Assembly (NCBI GenBank): GCA_051453625.1
Contig: JBOZIK010000001.1
Coordinates: 15,471,778 to 15,535,777 of the forward strand
Source: Welwitschia mirabilis
Taxonomy: Eukaryota
DNA: 64,000 bases
Reading direction: 5' to 3'
Shown here: positions 12,203 through 26,894 of the stretch, piece after piece
Layout: each line of letters begins with the position of its first letter
How positions within the stretch are numbered: position 1 is the first letter of the stretch
Translations under genes and position numbers: made by a program
Notes under the pieces: generated by a model
The model's database searches: none
Told to the model about the DNA's origin: nothing
The model's input: the letters and a program-made list of their open reading frames with translations, nothing else

Positions 12203-14350
12203 TGTCATGTTCAGATTTTTAAAGGCTTAAAAATTTAGTTAAGTTAGTTAAATAAAAAGTGAATAAAAATAACTTAAGTCTAGTGGGACCTACTTAGCTA
12301 ATATAATTTGTAGATTCTTTATGTATGATCTTATTATTTGAGTTGTGATAATTTAATGAAAATTTGTTATGATATAATTATTATTTTAAGTGCTTTTTTC
12401 CTTATAATACCCATGATTAATAATGTTATTTTTATTTTAATTTTTAGTTATTTAATTATAATCTTTAGTGACAAAATTAGTGGTTATGTTATTTTATTTT
12501 ATTTTTGTAACTATTGCACTAATGTATCATGACTACTATATTTTCTTATTTCTTATTTTTATGCATGTAAAAATACTATTGTAGTGATTATAATTATTGG
12601 AATACATTATGTTATCTTATTTTAATACTTTATTTTAGTAGTGCATGCTAAGTAACATCCATAATTATGATGTTGCACTTTATTGTTTTTGACATTTATT
12701 CATTATGAAAAATATTTTTATGTGGCTAGTGAAATTATTTGCTAAGTGTCCTATTTTAATTATTCATTGTAATAATTACAAGTAGTGTAATGTTTAATAT
12801 TTATTATTTATTATTATGATGAAATATTAATGCATCCACTAGTTAAGCAAGGTAATGATTATAGGTCATGGAATCCTTACCATCTACTTTTTATGATGGT
12901 ATCTCTTCATATCCTCATATCTCATCACATTCTTACATTCTCTTGCTATGAATAGGGCTTTCTTCTCCCTGCATTTGCATATTTTTAAGAAATCCTCTGT
13001 TATTGTATCTTGGTTATTTCAAAACTTGGAGCTTTGAAAGCATGCGAGTCTTAAAATCTTTAAAGTTTTAAAGTCTTAAAAAGTTTATAAAGCCTTCATC
13101 TAATCCAAGTATGGCTCATGGCTTCATTTATTTTCTTTTATGTTCTTTATTTCTTGAATCTTTAAATTATCTTTTATTCTTGCATCTTTGTATGGATGTT
13201 GGATATTTTCTATTTCTTGCATAATTTCAAACCTCTTTTTGCATTCCTTTTTATTGGTAATTATTTATGATTGAGTTTCTAAATTATCCTTTTGAGCCAT
13301 CTTAATATTATCCTATGACTAACTAAATACTTATGTTATGTTATTTAAAATTTATGGAATATAAACTAGCCAAGATAACTAGTTGTTTAAGCTTCAAAGA
13401 TTGATACTCTCTATTGTGAGTTTGAAAGTAAGGGGATTAAACCTCTAGATAGTGAAGGAAAAAAGTCCCCTCTGGTGGTGTGTAAGTAGATTACTTACAT
13501 TTACCTCTAGAGAGTAAAGGGAAAAATATATCCCCTTTAGTGATGTCTAACTGAATTACTTAATTTTTTTGGTGGAAAAATAGTAAATAATATAAAATGA
13601 AATTAAGGTTTTAGTCACATCTTAAATTATTTTGGCATTGCATACTTATATTATCTTGGTTACATCTTGGAAACTTAAATTATTTTGACATTTTATTCTT
13701 AGATTATTCTAGCTAGAAATCTTAGAATATTTTGGCAATGTAACTTGGATTATTTTGCTAATGCATCTTGGATATTCTTATAATTCCTTAACTTATACTT
13801 AAGAATCCTATACCTATCTATTCCTTATCATGGACCATAGCGGTAACTATGATAGTTATAATTCTCATATCAGACTTACATGTATAGGAACCACTACTAA
13901 AGATGATGCTAAAAAAGAGCTAATGGTTGCATACAAATGGGTATCATCTACATGTTTTCATATTTTTTTATAGGATAATGTGTGTCTTAGAGAATTATGC
14001 ATATTTGTTGCTACTAATTATGTTGTAATACTCAAGCTTATATTTTGCAATAGAGATATTTTACAAGTTACATATATAATGTGTTTACTTATTTTGTAAA
14101 AATATTATAAATGTTTAGAAATTTTCTTTATTAAATAATATAATTAAATATATGACTTAGTTTTTAACAAGAAGAGATTTATGAATTGAGTTATGATATC
14201 CTTATCTCAATAACATCTAGAATGAACATAGTTTATTCTTCTTTTAAAAAATCATTCTAGATGTGAATTTGAATGTAGATTTCAGACATTAAATTTTGGA
14301 ATTATATCATTATGTTAACTTTTTGGTGACAATAAATTCTGCGGGTCACA
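12203..14350 (+). repeat. Probable 5' LTR (~2.1 kb) of a chromovirus (Tekay/Del-like) Ty3/gypsy element inserted into the copia integrase
   Basis: Starts tgtcatg where the copia reading stops and ends gcgggtcaca, followed by a PBS-like sequence. Has an internal ~62-bp tandem duplication at 13441-13563. I did not recognise a partner LTR or gag. Confidence 0.65.
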
Positions 14351-14353
14351 TTT

Positions 14354-14365
14354 TGGTATTAAAGT
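14354..14365 (+). promoter_or_regulatory. Decayed primer-binding site, tRNA-iMet type
   Basis: tggtattaaagt vs canonical TGGTATCAGAGC (three transitions), 3 nt after the LTR end. Confidence 0.65.
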
Positions 14366-17300
14366 GTAAGTTACAATTTCACTAGAAATAATTGTTGTAA
14401 GATGCTTATACATTTCAACATTAGAGTCTAGGTTAAGGTATTAGTTAAATAAGATAACTAAACATTTTTGCAATAATCTAGATTATAAATATTATTCTTA
14501 GATGAGATCTAATACCTCTTTTTAATAATATTAGATCATCTATCTTAGCTACTAATAATAAGCTAAATGAATCGTGTATTCTCAGGATACTTAGCAATGA
14601 CAAAAAAAAATAACAAAGGTATTTTGAAATAAGAGTTAGAGAAAAAGCATATAAATGATTAGTAAGCTAAGTTAAGAGTCACATTAAGTAAAACATCTAA
14701 GTAATAAAGGGTATAGACATTACTAAGAATTTCTATGATGCTCACCACATTGATGGACTTCTCTCTTTAATGTAGGCCAAAGGTGATTATGTTTAAAGTG
14801 TTCTTTATTAGGATACCAAAATAGAAGAGTGATTGATTTTTAATAGCTAGATAATAGTCTAACAGACGGAGTCTGGTGAATAGGTGCATGTGGTGCTTTG
14901 TTATCTTTAAAGTCCCTACTTTCTCTTACTAGTTCATAGAGATAAATAAGATATGGTGATGCCCCTTTCCTTTGATCTACTTTCAAATGAAACCAGTGGA
15001 TAGTTTATCATTTCTCCTCTATGAAGCATATTTTCCTCCCTTGTTTCTCTTTCTCTCCCTTTTATTTTTTGAGTATCCTCTTTTTTAGGTTCCATTATCC
15101 ATTCATTATAAATGTTAAGCTTGTATGTAGACTTGTAAATCCTACAAAGTAGAGATTGCAAACAAATGGGATGTGGATAGAATAAAGACATAAATAAAAG
15201 ACCCATTGCTACATTTGTCACTAGGTAGAACTACTTTCTATTTGACAAAGTCCTCTATTTCTTCATCTATCATCTGCTATGTATGATTCTTAATTAGAAA
15301 GAAGAGGTTCATTCTCATTAAACATTTCTGCATATATCACTTCAAGACACTTGTCTCTTCCTTCTACCAAGATGAATTTTATTCCATTTGGATGCTAATT
15401 ATATATACAAAAATAATTGAAAAAGGAAACTAAATTTATAGGAATTATCTTCTAGAGTGTTGAGGTATCTTTTGAAGCATGCATGTAATTATCATATTTC
15501 ATGTCAAAGGAATGAATTTAATTAGGATTTTTAGTTGGCATTTACTTGACCTTTGATCACATTTCCTTATTAGCAACTTTAATCTTCTAATGCTTCTATT
15601 ATTTGTGATTTTATCCTTGTGTAAAAGGTCCTCTAACTCTTCTATAATCCACAACAACAATCCTACCAAATTCAAGTTGATTCCTTCTAAAATTTATGAT
15701 AATTTCTAAAAGATCACTTCCAATATTCACAAGAATGCTTTAACTACTCTAAGACCTCATTTCTAGATTACATGAAAACCAATTTTAGTAATGAATATAT
15801 TCATTTATGAGATTTAATGTAGATAGTAAACAATTTTACAAAAGAAATATATTATAATAATGAGATTAGGTGATTATTTAAAAATCATTGACTATAACTT
15901 AAGAAATAGTTCAAAGAAGAGTCTGGACTAATTATTGTAGGAAATAACATGGTCTAGATAAAGTGTTCATTAGATGTTTCTTTGTTTTTCATGTGAGATT
16001 AGTACTATTAATCAACACTCTAACGTATTAATGGATAGGAAAAAATCTTTCAAGATGGCTTTATGTGGTTGTTTCCTTTATAGGTTTGGATTTGGTTGAT
16101 ATCTTTATAGTGTACTAGCATCAGGGCCTTCTTTTAGAAAATGCTATGAGAGCTAAAATATTTATAAAACTCCATACATTACCTTTTTAATATCTATCAT
16201 ATAATCATTATTTGTGTTTATAAACTTATCTTTCCTAATAATAATTCTGAAAATGATAGTGCTATTAGTACTCTTTTGAAACCATCTTTGTGAAAATTAA
16301 GAAAATCTTTACATTAAGATTAAGTAGCTTTAATCTTTCAAAAAGAATGTAATTGTTATTTAAGAAGTGTATAGTTTTATAAAGCATAGACCTATCACAG
16401 TAGGTGCATGGTGGTTTAGCATATTTTCATGGAAGTAAAACTAGGCTAAATGAACCCATGTTATTAAGCGATTCTATTTTCTTGCTTTTAGTAGATGGCA
16501 ATGATTATGTTATTGAAGGAAAGTTTTTATTATTTCTATAATAAATGATTGTAATAATTTTAGTTACAACATCACATTAATACTTTACAAATGAATCATT
16601 TGATATTATTATAATCATTGCTTTTATCATATGATGCTTATCATTTTTTAGCATTTAATCATGCATTTTTAATATTAAGTAATTCTATGATAAATACCAT
16701 TGAGTCTTTTTAAGTTATTATTTAGGATAAACTAGTTAATCTTATTTATATACATTTATTTTATTTGTCATTTTTAGCATTTTCTTAGTGTTTTTACTTA
16801 TAATTATTAAACCCATTTTCACATTTCACTTCCATCTTACATAGAACCTACATCATTTTAGCTTGTTATTACCTCAAGTCCTTTCACCTCACTAGCCTTC
16901 TATTGATCATTTTATTGGTTTCATCATTAACCATTATTTCATCTTAATTCCATTTTCCACTTTATCAAGTGTGTTCCTCATTTCCTTCCTTTCTTTTTTA
17001 TTGTTTTTTACTTACGCTATTTTGCTTAGTTTTGATTGTTTATTTTACATCCCTTGAAATGTTTGACTTATTCCTTTTAATTATTAAATGTAGACTTACT
17101 TCAAATTTGGGACAAATTTATTTACCTCATAAGAGTAAATTTTTAGTATTAAAAAAAATTGAATTTTATTAGAATTAATTTGTACATTGAAAATATAATA
17201 TGTTTCTCATAAAATGAAAATCATAATTTTGAAGTTAACGCATATATTTTTCATGACATCTAATTGAAATATCTTTTTCATATGCTAAAATGAGGTGTAC

Positions 17301-17403
17301 TTTATTTTTTACTATGTAAGCACCCTTGATACTTAAGGGTTATTTTTCATTTATTTTCCAATTTATCTCACTTTTGTTCTTTTTTAGTTTTTTAATCAAG
17401 GAT

Positions 17404-19079
17404 TGATAAATGCTTCATTGGTGACTATGTCATGAGTCCAAATTATCCATATTCAACATCATGTTTTGAGTATGTTTTAGGTCTCTTTAAGTAGTCTTTT
17501 AATTAATTAAGAATAAAAGTATACTAAATATTTCAATGATATAAATAGAATAGTTATTGAATAGTTATGACCCTTTTTAGATGATTTTTAAAACGTGTTC
17601 CATTTATGATAGAGTTTTGACATTCATATGAGGAGATAACAATGGAATGTAATGATATTAAAATGTTTTAACTATGATACCAATGTATAATATGGGTTTA
17701 TATAATTAATTTAGGTTATTTTAGATTTACTAAACTCAATAAATCAATGTTGGACTAAGAAATAATGATTATAGATGATTTAGATGAGAAACATGTATCA
17801 TCTGAAGCAAGTTACTGTACCAACATATTGAAGCATTATACTGTAGCACATACTATAGTAATTATTATATCTTTATTTCATTATATAATCTAAAAAATAA
17901 TCAAAGAATGAAAACAAGTTGCCATTATACAGTTACTATAGCAAAGTTGCTATAGAATATTATTGTAGTAGTTAATATAACTGTTATCTAGCATGTCATC
18001 CCTATGAAAAGGACGATACCATGTATTATATCAAAATCACTATAGTAATTATGTCATCCATATAGTCATCTAAATAATAATTAAAGGATGATAAAAAATA
18101 TATACAAATAAAAACTTCATTTTCCTATTAATAGTTATCTATGTGTAGTTCAAACGATATGTAGTCAGATAATACTTAAAGGATGATAACAAAAACTTTT
18201 TTCTTCTTCCCACTTATAGTGATCCACTTATAATTTAAATAATATCAAAGTAAATAACACTCAATAATTAAACCAAGAAGACACATTAAGGAAAATTAAC
18301 TATTATAAGAGAACATTAAATGATAGGAGTATCATCTCTTATATTATCTAGACAACACCCAGCAGGTGATAATTCTAATGAATATAGAACATACTTTATT
18401 TATTACAAAATAAGTAATATGATTAAACTTTTTTAATTACTACTCCTTGGAAATTTAAAATATTGATCCAAAACTATAAATAATCTTCTTAAATAAGCCA
18501 TTTCTTATATTTAACATTAATTATTTTTTTGATGATTTGAAGATCTATTGAGCAAAGGATTCATATACCTTAAGAGAGGTTCTTACCTTGATGTGGGCTA
18601 TGTTCCCTCTATTCAAAGTGATTACTTTTAAATGGATGTAAAAATATTATGGTTAATTAAAAAAATCATTTTGTACATGCTATTTTATTTCTTATCTTCT
18701 TTATATATTAGGTTGAAATCATGTCAATCATATTTGAGTTAATTTTGATTTTGATATCATATGAGGGCTAACTTGGGTAATAACAAGTTGGTAAACTTGG
18801 TTAGTAAACTGCATTTAGATTGAATTAATTCATTTCATTTCATCCATCATTACATTATCATTTATTTGTCATTTTAAAATTGAACAAAAGATCATTATAT
18901 TTCTTTTACAAATCAAGTAATTTTTCAAACATACTTAGAATTTCTATCTAGATTAAAACATCGGACTGACTTCCTATATAGGTATATGTGTGTGATAATT
19001 AGATACTTAAGATTATATTAAAGATGATTATGTAAACCAAAAACACATGCAATTCACATCCCAACATTGCTACTTATCA
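17404..19079 (+). repeat. Probable Athila-type LTR (solo or 3' LTR)
   Basis: Inverted termini tgataa...ttatca. Carries the tcatc/ctagatga palindromic motifs and a 3' aaacatcggactgacttcctatatag segment similar to the other Athila-like LTRs. No clear TSD (aggat vs aattc). Confidence 0.55.
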
Positions 19080-19538
19080 AATTCATTAAAAAGAGATTCA
19101 ATGACATATTTTTACTTATTGAATTTTTTATGGATTTATCCCTTAAATATTATAATAGAATAATGCATTAAAGATGAAGAAAATACTAATTTAAAAAGCC
19201 TAGATATAATGAAGAAATAAAATTAAAGTTTTGTATGAATATCTATGTAAATTTAAAGTCATAATGTAATAATATCATAAATAGGTAATCAACATGATGT
19301 GATTCAAATGATTTTTTTCCTTTCTTCTTGTAATAAAATGAAAGAGCATGACTACATTCCTTGAAACCAAATTCTATCAGGTTGTGAAGAGACCTCAATT
19401 AAGAGTTTTTAAATAAATATGCCCTAATATATAAAACATTTTAGTTAAATATGAATTTGTTTGAAACTAAACTATGAAAATAAAATTTTAAAAAACATAA
19501 CTTTGATTTATTATGATTTGACTTCATTTTGATCTATG

Positions 19539-19647
19539 TCCATGAATGATATTATTCTTATACTAGTACATAGTTACTATCAAAATGACATATTTCCATG
19601 AATGATATTGTTCTTATACTAGTACATAGTTACTATCAAAATGACAT
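19539..19647. repeat. Near-perfect tandem duplication, period 56 bp
   Basis: tccatgaatgatatt(a/g)ttcttatactagtacatagttactatcaaaatgacat occurs twice with one mismatch. Confidence 0.95.
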
Positions 19648-22600
19648 CTCAATCTTTAGCTATAATATTAATTATTAAAAACCATAATGAATTCTTCTTA
19701 TGATTTAACCAAGTACTAGTTTAAACTCATTATATTTACTTAAAAATGAAAAGGATTCTTTATTTTTTATACCCTTAATGCATATCATTTAAATTAAGGT
19801 TGATTATATTTTTAATATTATTTTTTATTTCATATTATTATGAATATCTTATTGATCATATTTTTTTTAACTACTTCAATTTAAAAATGTCAAAGATCAT
19901 CAAAACATCTCCACATCCATAAAAAATCAATCATAAACCACTAAAATCATAAGAAGTATCTTTGCTCTCATTTCAGATACATTGTTTAAGAGAAAATTAT
20001 GTTCATTGAGAGGATTCCTTCACATCAAGCTTATTTAAAATAATGCATTTTATGACCTTACTAATTACAATAAAATGAAAAATTTTCTCGATATTGATAG
20101 TTTTTATGGTTACTCCTATATTTACTAATATATTCAATTGTAGTTTTACATCTTGATCTTGAAATAATAAATTAATAATACAACTACATATAAATTAGTT
20201 ATAAGAAACCTTTAATTTATTCTCTTAATTGAGTTTAATCTTGTATTTTATTTTTTCAAATGTTAGTATTTCTTAAAAGAAGATGTACTATCTTTATCTT
20301 TTTTATTTTACTTGTTAGTTATCCTTAACTTCTTAACCATCAGATTCATAAATTTCATTACTATTTTTAATATATAAAAGATGATTTTTAATATTTTCCT
20401 ATGTTGGAAATTAAAATGTAATAGTACTATGATACTACACGAGAATGCTTCAAATAAAGATTTTATAATTGAATATGAAAATTTTTAGGCTTTTTCATGA
20501 AGAGAAGAAATAAAGGATTAAGAGGTAAACTTTATAATATTTTAAATTTTTAGTATAATATTTAAAATAATTAATGATAAATAATTAAACATCATTATAT
20601 GTAGTATTTCAAGAATGTAATTAGATAGTTCATTCGGCACAAGTCTTTTTTTTAAAGCCTTGTACGTATGCCAATGTGACTTTAGTGTTTTATCATACTA
20701 CTATTGACTTTAGATACATACATTTTCTTATTATTATTTTTTTAAGTGGAATGAAGGATTTTCATATTTATAATGTTTACCGCTTGGAAAGGACATGTAT
20801 TTTAAATGTAATAGTTGAATCTTATATATGTGAGATGTAGCTTGTTATTTCATATTTCATTACCAAGTTAACACTTTTTTAAGTTAATTATATTAACATG
20901 CTAATAATCACCTCCCATTTTAATTTTAACTCACATTTTTTAGACTTATCTTTGATTTTTGGTTTGATTTGTATTTGTTTACTCTTCATATTTTTAGTTA
21001 TTTATCTTTCTAATTTTGTCTTTCATCTGTTATGTTATGATCTTTAAAAAACTAAGTTTAATTCTTTTGTTCTCAATTTTACTTTAGGAAATAGTAGGAC
21101 AATAAATTTTAAAAATTTCATTACTCTAGTTCTTAGGTATCTCATTTTGTCATAAGGTAATATTTTAGTGGCTAGTTATTTCATTTCTTTATCTTATTTT
21201 AATATTATAGCTTTAATTTACTTTATTTTAAAAAAGAAAATAATTTTTTAAAAACTAGTATTCTTTCCTTCTTTAGATGATGACTTGTTGATTTTAAATG
21301 TTTACTTTATCTCATGGATTATTTTATTCCTAAATGAAGGTTTGACATGAACATAAGTTCTTTTCACAACTTTCATATTTTATTACTGTGATAAAGAAAT
21401 AAGATTTGTAAGGAAAATGTATAGAAAATAATTGTATTATGCTTACTAATATAAAATTATATATCTCATATTTTAGTATTTATTTCCTTTTAATTGCTAG
21501 GTCTACTTTGATATCAGTGAGTGTATTGGTTAGTTAGTAGTAGTGGTTGGTTTAACAACTTATTTAGTAGTTTTTATAGGTTAAAAACCCCTAAGTTCAA
21601 ATGAAGATTCTTAATGGTATTTCATACTTTCTTGAGTGTTATTGCATTTTTGTCTCTCTCTTGAGAGATTTAAAGCTTTTCTTCTTTAAACTAAGTAACT
21701 TAAGAATATCTTTTACTAAAGAATTGTTGAAGTATTTTATTTTCATTCTTCATCATTATCATCTCTTCTTTCTACACTATGTATGAATTTGAGATCTTTA
21801 TTTTATACTTTTCAAATGTTTTGAGAATTTTCATAAAAAATCTATTTTTCCTTGTTTTATTTTGGTAACTTCTTTCTTGACCTTTTCATTTTGTTAATAT
21901 AAAAAGCATTATACCTACTCCGTGTAGCATTTCTTTAATTATTTTTTTTACTTCATTTATGTTAAGTCCATAGGCATAGTACCAAATTATCTATAGTGCT
22001 TATATTAGTAATATCTCCAAAATTTTATTACAAATTGTAATTTTATCTTTTCATAGATCGCTAATCCATAAATGTACTAGCTCTTGTACAACATCTTTAC
22101 CTTCTTTATTAGTATAGAATTTTGTGTCTTTGTTGTAAATCATAGGACCATGAGTGAACTCTTGTGGAACTATGTAGGAAATAGTGTTATAAAAATAATT
22201 ATTTGTATGATAATCTTATTTTACATGCTATGATAAAACTTTCATAACTAATTTAAGTTTTTCCAAAAACTGTACATAGTTCTTACTCATAGAAATATGA
22301 ATTAAAGCTATATGTTGGAAACATTTTGACTTGAAGTTTTTAATATTCTAATAAATATTTAGATTCTTATTTAATAATCCAATTTTTCTTTTCTTTGATT
22401 GATATGGTAGTTGTTATAGTAATTTTCTTCAATGAAATGAACTCTTTATGTAGTAATGAAGATTCAAATATCTTAACAATCAATGTATTTGAATTAGAAA
22501 ACTAATGTGTGTGCTTTTGCATCCTTTTTTGTTTTTATATTATTATTTATCATATTTATTAATATATCACATTGGAAAAAAATTTATTTACAACACTCTT

Positions 22601-24679
22601 TCATAGTTCAGTACTCAAAACTATTTTTTACTATACAAGCACTACTAGAAGTTTGTTTTTAGTAAGTATGTTCCATGACCCTCTTCTTGTAAATCCCTTT
22701 CCAATAAAATTGTACATGCTACAACATAAAAAATGTGGTAGAATAGTTTCTTCTTTATAAAGCCTATATAGTAATTTAGAATTTCAAGATGTATGTGTCA
22801 CTCCTTATGTTTAAAATAAGAAAATGAGATGAATTGTTATTTGTTAAAGGCATAGTAAAGAAAATAAAGATTTTAGCATGAACATAAAGTGATATTTATG
22901 TAAGTTATGATTTATGATAGGAACAATTTCATTAATCATGTATAGAATGAGATGGTATCCATAAGCATAATGGTTTATTTAGACTGATAGTATACATGTT
23001 TTCCAAAAACATCAAGGAACATCTATATCAAATATTTTTTGATATAATAGATTTATTTTCATTTTAATATACTCTACATCAGTTAATATTTTTTAAAAAC
23101 AACTAAGTTTGAAGTAAAAAAAACTAGATCTCATTCCATGTATTTTGAAATTTAATTCCTTCTATATAATAATCAACTTAAATGCGTAGGTGATTAGCTA
23201 AAAAAAATGAATATTGTTTAGTTCATATGACGCTAGTTTTTTATTAGATTAAGAAAAAATTTAAAACTATTTGTTTATATTTTTGAATATCCTTTTACAA
23301 AGTTAAAATATGTCATAAACCTATTTTAACATACTTGGTAAAGGTAAAATTGGATAATGGATGTATCTATATGATAACTCATTAATATTACTATAACCTT
23401 TAATAGGTTTAAAATAATTCAATTTCTTTTTTATAAGTTAACATCATGTGTTGAAGTTCTACTAGATTTAGTGATATACTATCATATTAAGTAGATAAAG
23501 AGAAAATTTAAAAATAAGAATGAAAATCAAAATTCCTTAAATTAAGTAGGGAATTACAAAACTAGTAATGCACTTATTAAATATAGTATTATATGTATGT
23601 AGAAATGAAAAAAATGCAAGAGTATAGAGTTTCAAACTCATATAATTTAACTTTGTAAATGAAAGAATGAAATGTAAAATGAATGTCATCTTTGACCCTT
23701 CTATAAACTTGTTTTATATGTTTAACCTTTGGATTTTAAAAGAAATTTAAAGATTTCATTAATTTTCTTTTACTTGATTTGAAAAGATTATTTATTTTCA
23801 AATCTAACAAATTATCTAATACTAACTTATGGAAATTATATCTCTTAATTATACATCCATAATATTTATTAATATGAAAACAACTTAACTCATGTCACAT
23901 ATATTGATAGTGTTTTAAAAAGTAAGAAAAAGGAAAGCATGTTTTCATACTCTATTGTGGAGGGAAAAATGGATTCTTATTTTGTCTTAGCCTTGAAACA
24001 TAATACATTTATTATTTTCAAATTTTATCATGATTAAACAAGAGTAAAATAGGATTAACTATGCTATTGAATTTCTAGTTTTGTAGCTTTATCAATGGAT
24101 GTTTTGATCAACATATGTAGAAAATCTCTAACATGTGTACTTTGTATATTCTATAAATGTTAATCTAATTGATTTAGTAATCCATATTTTCATATCATAA
24201 TTTTTAAACTATTATATAAAGTTCATGATTATTTATTAATTTTTTATGATATTTTAATGTTTTATATATGAACATCCCTCTCAATCATATTTATCTTAGT
24301 TTCAATACTTTTAGTTTGATTCTTTAGCTTGATGAAGTACAACTATAGGTTACTAATCTTAAATGAGATTATCTTTAATTTTTTGATATAACACAAGTAA
24401 TAAAACATTATAAGACATAACGTTTTCTTATTTTAACTACTTTATATTCTACACATTCGATGCTTAGCATTAAATAAAAAATGATCATGATTTTTTTCAT
24501 ACTTCTCAAAGTTAGATGAATTATTATGATGTCCATTCTAGTTATATATTCTATCATAACTTAAAGTTTTGGTTATCAAATTTTGATTAATAAAAGAATT
24601 AAATTTTTTTTACTTCATTAGTAAGCATAACCCCTTATTACAACTTATAATGTTTTATGAACTAATTTCATTTTTATTA

Positions 24680-24990
24680 TAGATTGTTATCTTAAGATAA
24701 AGACATTAGATTTTGAAGGTATAACTTTTATTAAATTTAATGGTAGCATCTTAAAACTTTAATCATTAGCTTTAATTTAGCTACTATTCTTAGGATAAAG
24801 ACATTAGCTTTATTTTAGCTATTGTTTCTTAGGATTAAAACCACTAGTTCTATTTTGGCTATTTTTTATTAAGATTAAAAGTACCATCTCTGATACCATC
24901 TTGGAAATTAGAGTGTGATAGTTGTCTAATACCATGCTAGGATTTAGATGTAAAAAATTTTAATATTATGCTTATGATTTAGGTTACAAA
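24680..24990 (-). repeat. Degenerate ~39-bp tandem array ending in repeated iMet-PBS-like motifs
   Basis: Units of the type cattagctttattttagctattgtttcttaggataaaga. ctctgatacca at 24888-24898 is the reverse complement of TGGTATCAGAG. A second decayed copy, tctaataccatgctagg, lies at ~24925-24941. Confidence 0.6.
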
Positions 24991-26894
24991 TGCTCCAAAT
25001 TTAAGTTTCATAATTAAATACATATCATTTTTTATGATTTTGTAAATAATATAAATAAGAGGTAAAGAAATAAAAATCTATAATATTTTAACCTTTTAGT
25101 ATAATAATTGAAATAATTAATAATTAATAATGAAACATCATTAACATAGTACCTAAAATAGGTAGTTTATAAATGAAGCACCTCCCTAAGTCTTACACTT
25201 AAGATTTTGTAACTCAAATGGTTCATCACACTTATAATTTTAGATATTTTTCTTCTTATTATTATTATTTTTGAAAAAATTAATAATATTCAATATTATA
25301 AAGTTTTAGTAGAAACAAGTGTTTTGTTCTTTAGATGTAATATTATCTATATTCAAAATTTGAATTAAAACATATTATTTCATGTCATGTTACCGAGATA
25401 ACAATTGATCAAATTAGTTACGTTGACCTAATAATACATTATTCATATACTTATTCTCTAATTATTCTTGTACATGCATGACTTATAACTAATAAATAAT
25501 TTACATGATTAATATTTTAATTATAAATCCTGCTTTTGATTAGAATGAAAAAAGTAGAGAATGAACACTATTCCATCATTAGAAGAAAAAAATGATGAAA
25601 TTGATTTGATTATATTTGTTGAAATAAAGAAATCCACATAGAAACAAAAAGTAATTACTTAATTATTTAAGCATAAAAATTTTAAAATAATAAGTTAAAA
25701 GTAAAAACTAAATAATTAAATTTGATTCATATACAAAAAAGAGACAAAGATAATTCATCATAAATCAAACTCTACATCCAAGGCTAGGACAAGGCTTATA
25801 ATGAGTAATTAATCTTATTAAGGTGATTTTTTTTTGAGGTTATTTCTTTTAAGTTTTGTATTGGTCTATATAAACATATTCTTAGATATTTGAATACATA
25901 GAGGAGTATGAAATACATCACTATAACTTGATGTTTGAAAAATTATAGTAGTAACAAAAATCATAGAGGAAATTTTAGCAAGTTCAAGAAATCATCAAAT
26001 TCTAAAAAAGTCATGTGAATATTATGCATATTTGCATATTTAATATTCTTGTCAAGTTTTATGGTTTATAACATTAAAAATCTATTCCATCAGATTATAA
26101 CTTTATCAACTATTTTTCTCCTACATTTTTTATGACTTAAATATAAACTAATTTATGAGATTAATTTTGAAATTCAAAGTTGATCTAGGATCACAATACA
26201 TTTTTTTTTTGTATAGCTAAATCTAAAAAAATCAAGTGGTATTAAAGCCCTTATTAAACTCTATTAAATCCTTATTGAAATGCTATTGAAATCTACTTAA
26301 TTTTCCCTTGAACTTCTATTATTTTCTTAATGATCTTTAGCATTAAAAATTTCTAAAATGTATTTTTCTATTTTTAAATTTTTGTGTTCTTTTCTGTTTT
26401 TAAATATATCCTCTAGAAAATTCTTAAAATGTTTTGTAGATAAATATTGAACAAATTCTAGCACCTTTTTTAAAAACTGTTTCTTAACAAATTCATCTCA
26501 AATTTTTAAAAGTGTTTTATTATCATTTTTAACAATTCTATTATATATCTAAATATTTCTTTTTTGGATGAAATCATTGTAACTTTTGATAATTTCATTA
26601 GATACATATATGTTTCTTTTTACATAAAATCTTAATAAATTTTAATAATTATATTATAGACCTAAATGTTTATGTTATAGAATCTATTTTTTGAATGCTC
26701 ATGGACTCTTTGCATTTGTTTGTACAAGTTCTTAATTTTTAAATCATAGAATTATTTTGTTAAAAATTTTAATAAAAATAGGACAATATATTGGTTAAGT
26801 GTTTTTTTGAAAAAAAGAAAACTCCAAAGTAGCCATCTCAAACCTATTAGAAAAGACTCAAATTATTCAATCTCATTTCTACTCAATAGCAAAT

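Noticed and set aside
21501..21530. VYFDIS peptide resembling the cyclophilin N-terminus
   Set aside because: Only six residues, and no further cyclophilin exons were recognised.
22640..22651. CACTACTAGAA, resembling a CACTA transposon terminus
   Set aside because: No matching downstream inverted terminus, subterminal repeats or transposase remnant seen.
24680..24990. CRISPR-like appearance of the tandem arrays (also 8686-8752 and 31283-31576)
   Set aside because: The repeats are degenerate without unique fixed-length spacers, there are no cas genes, and the context is plant retrotransposon DNA.
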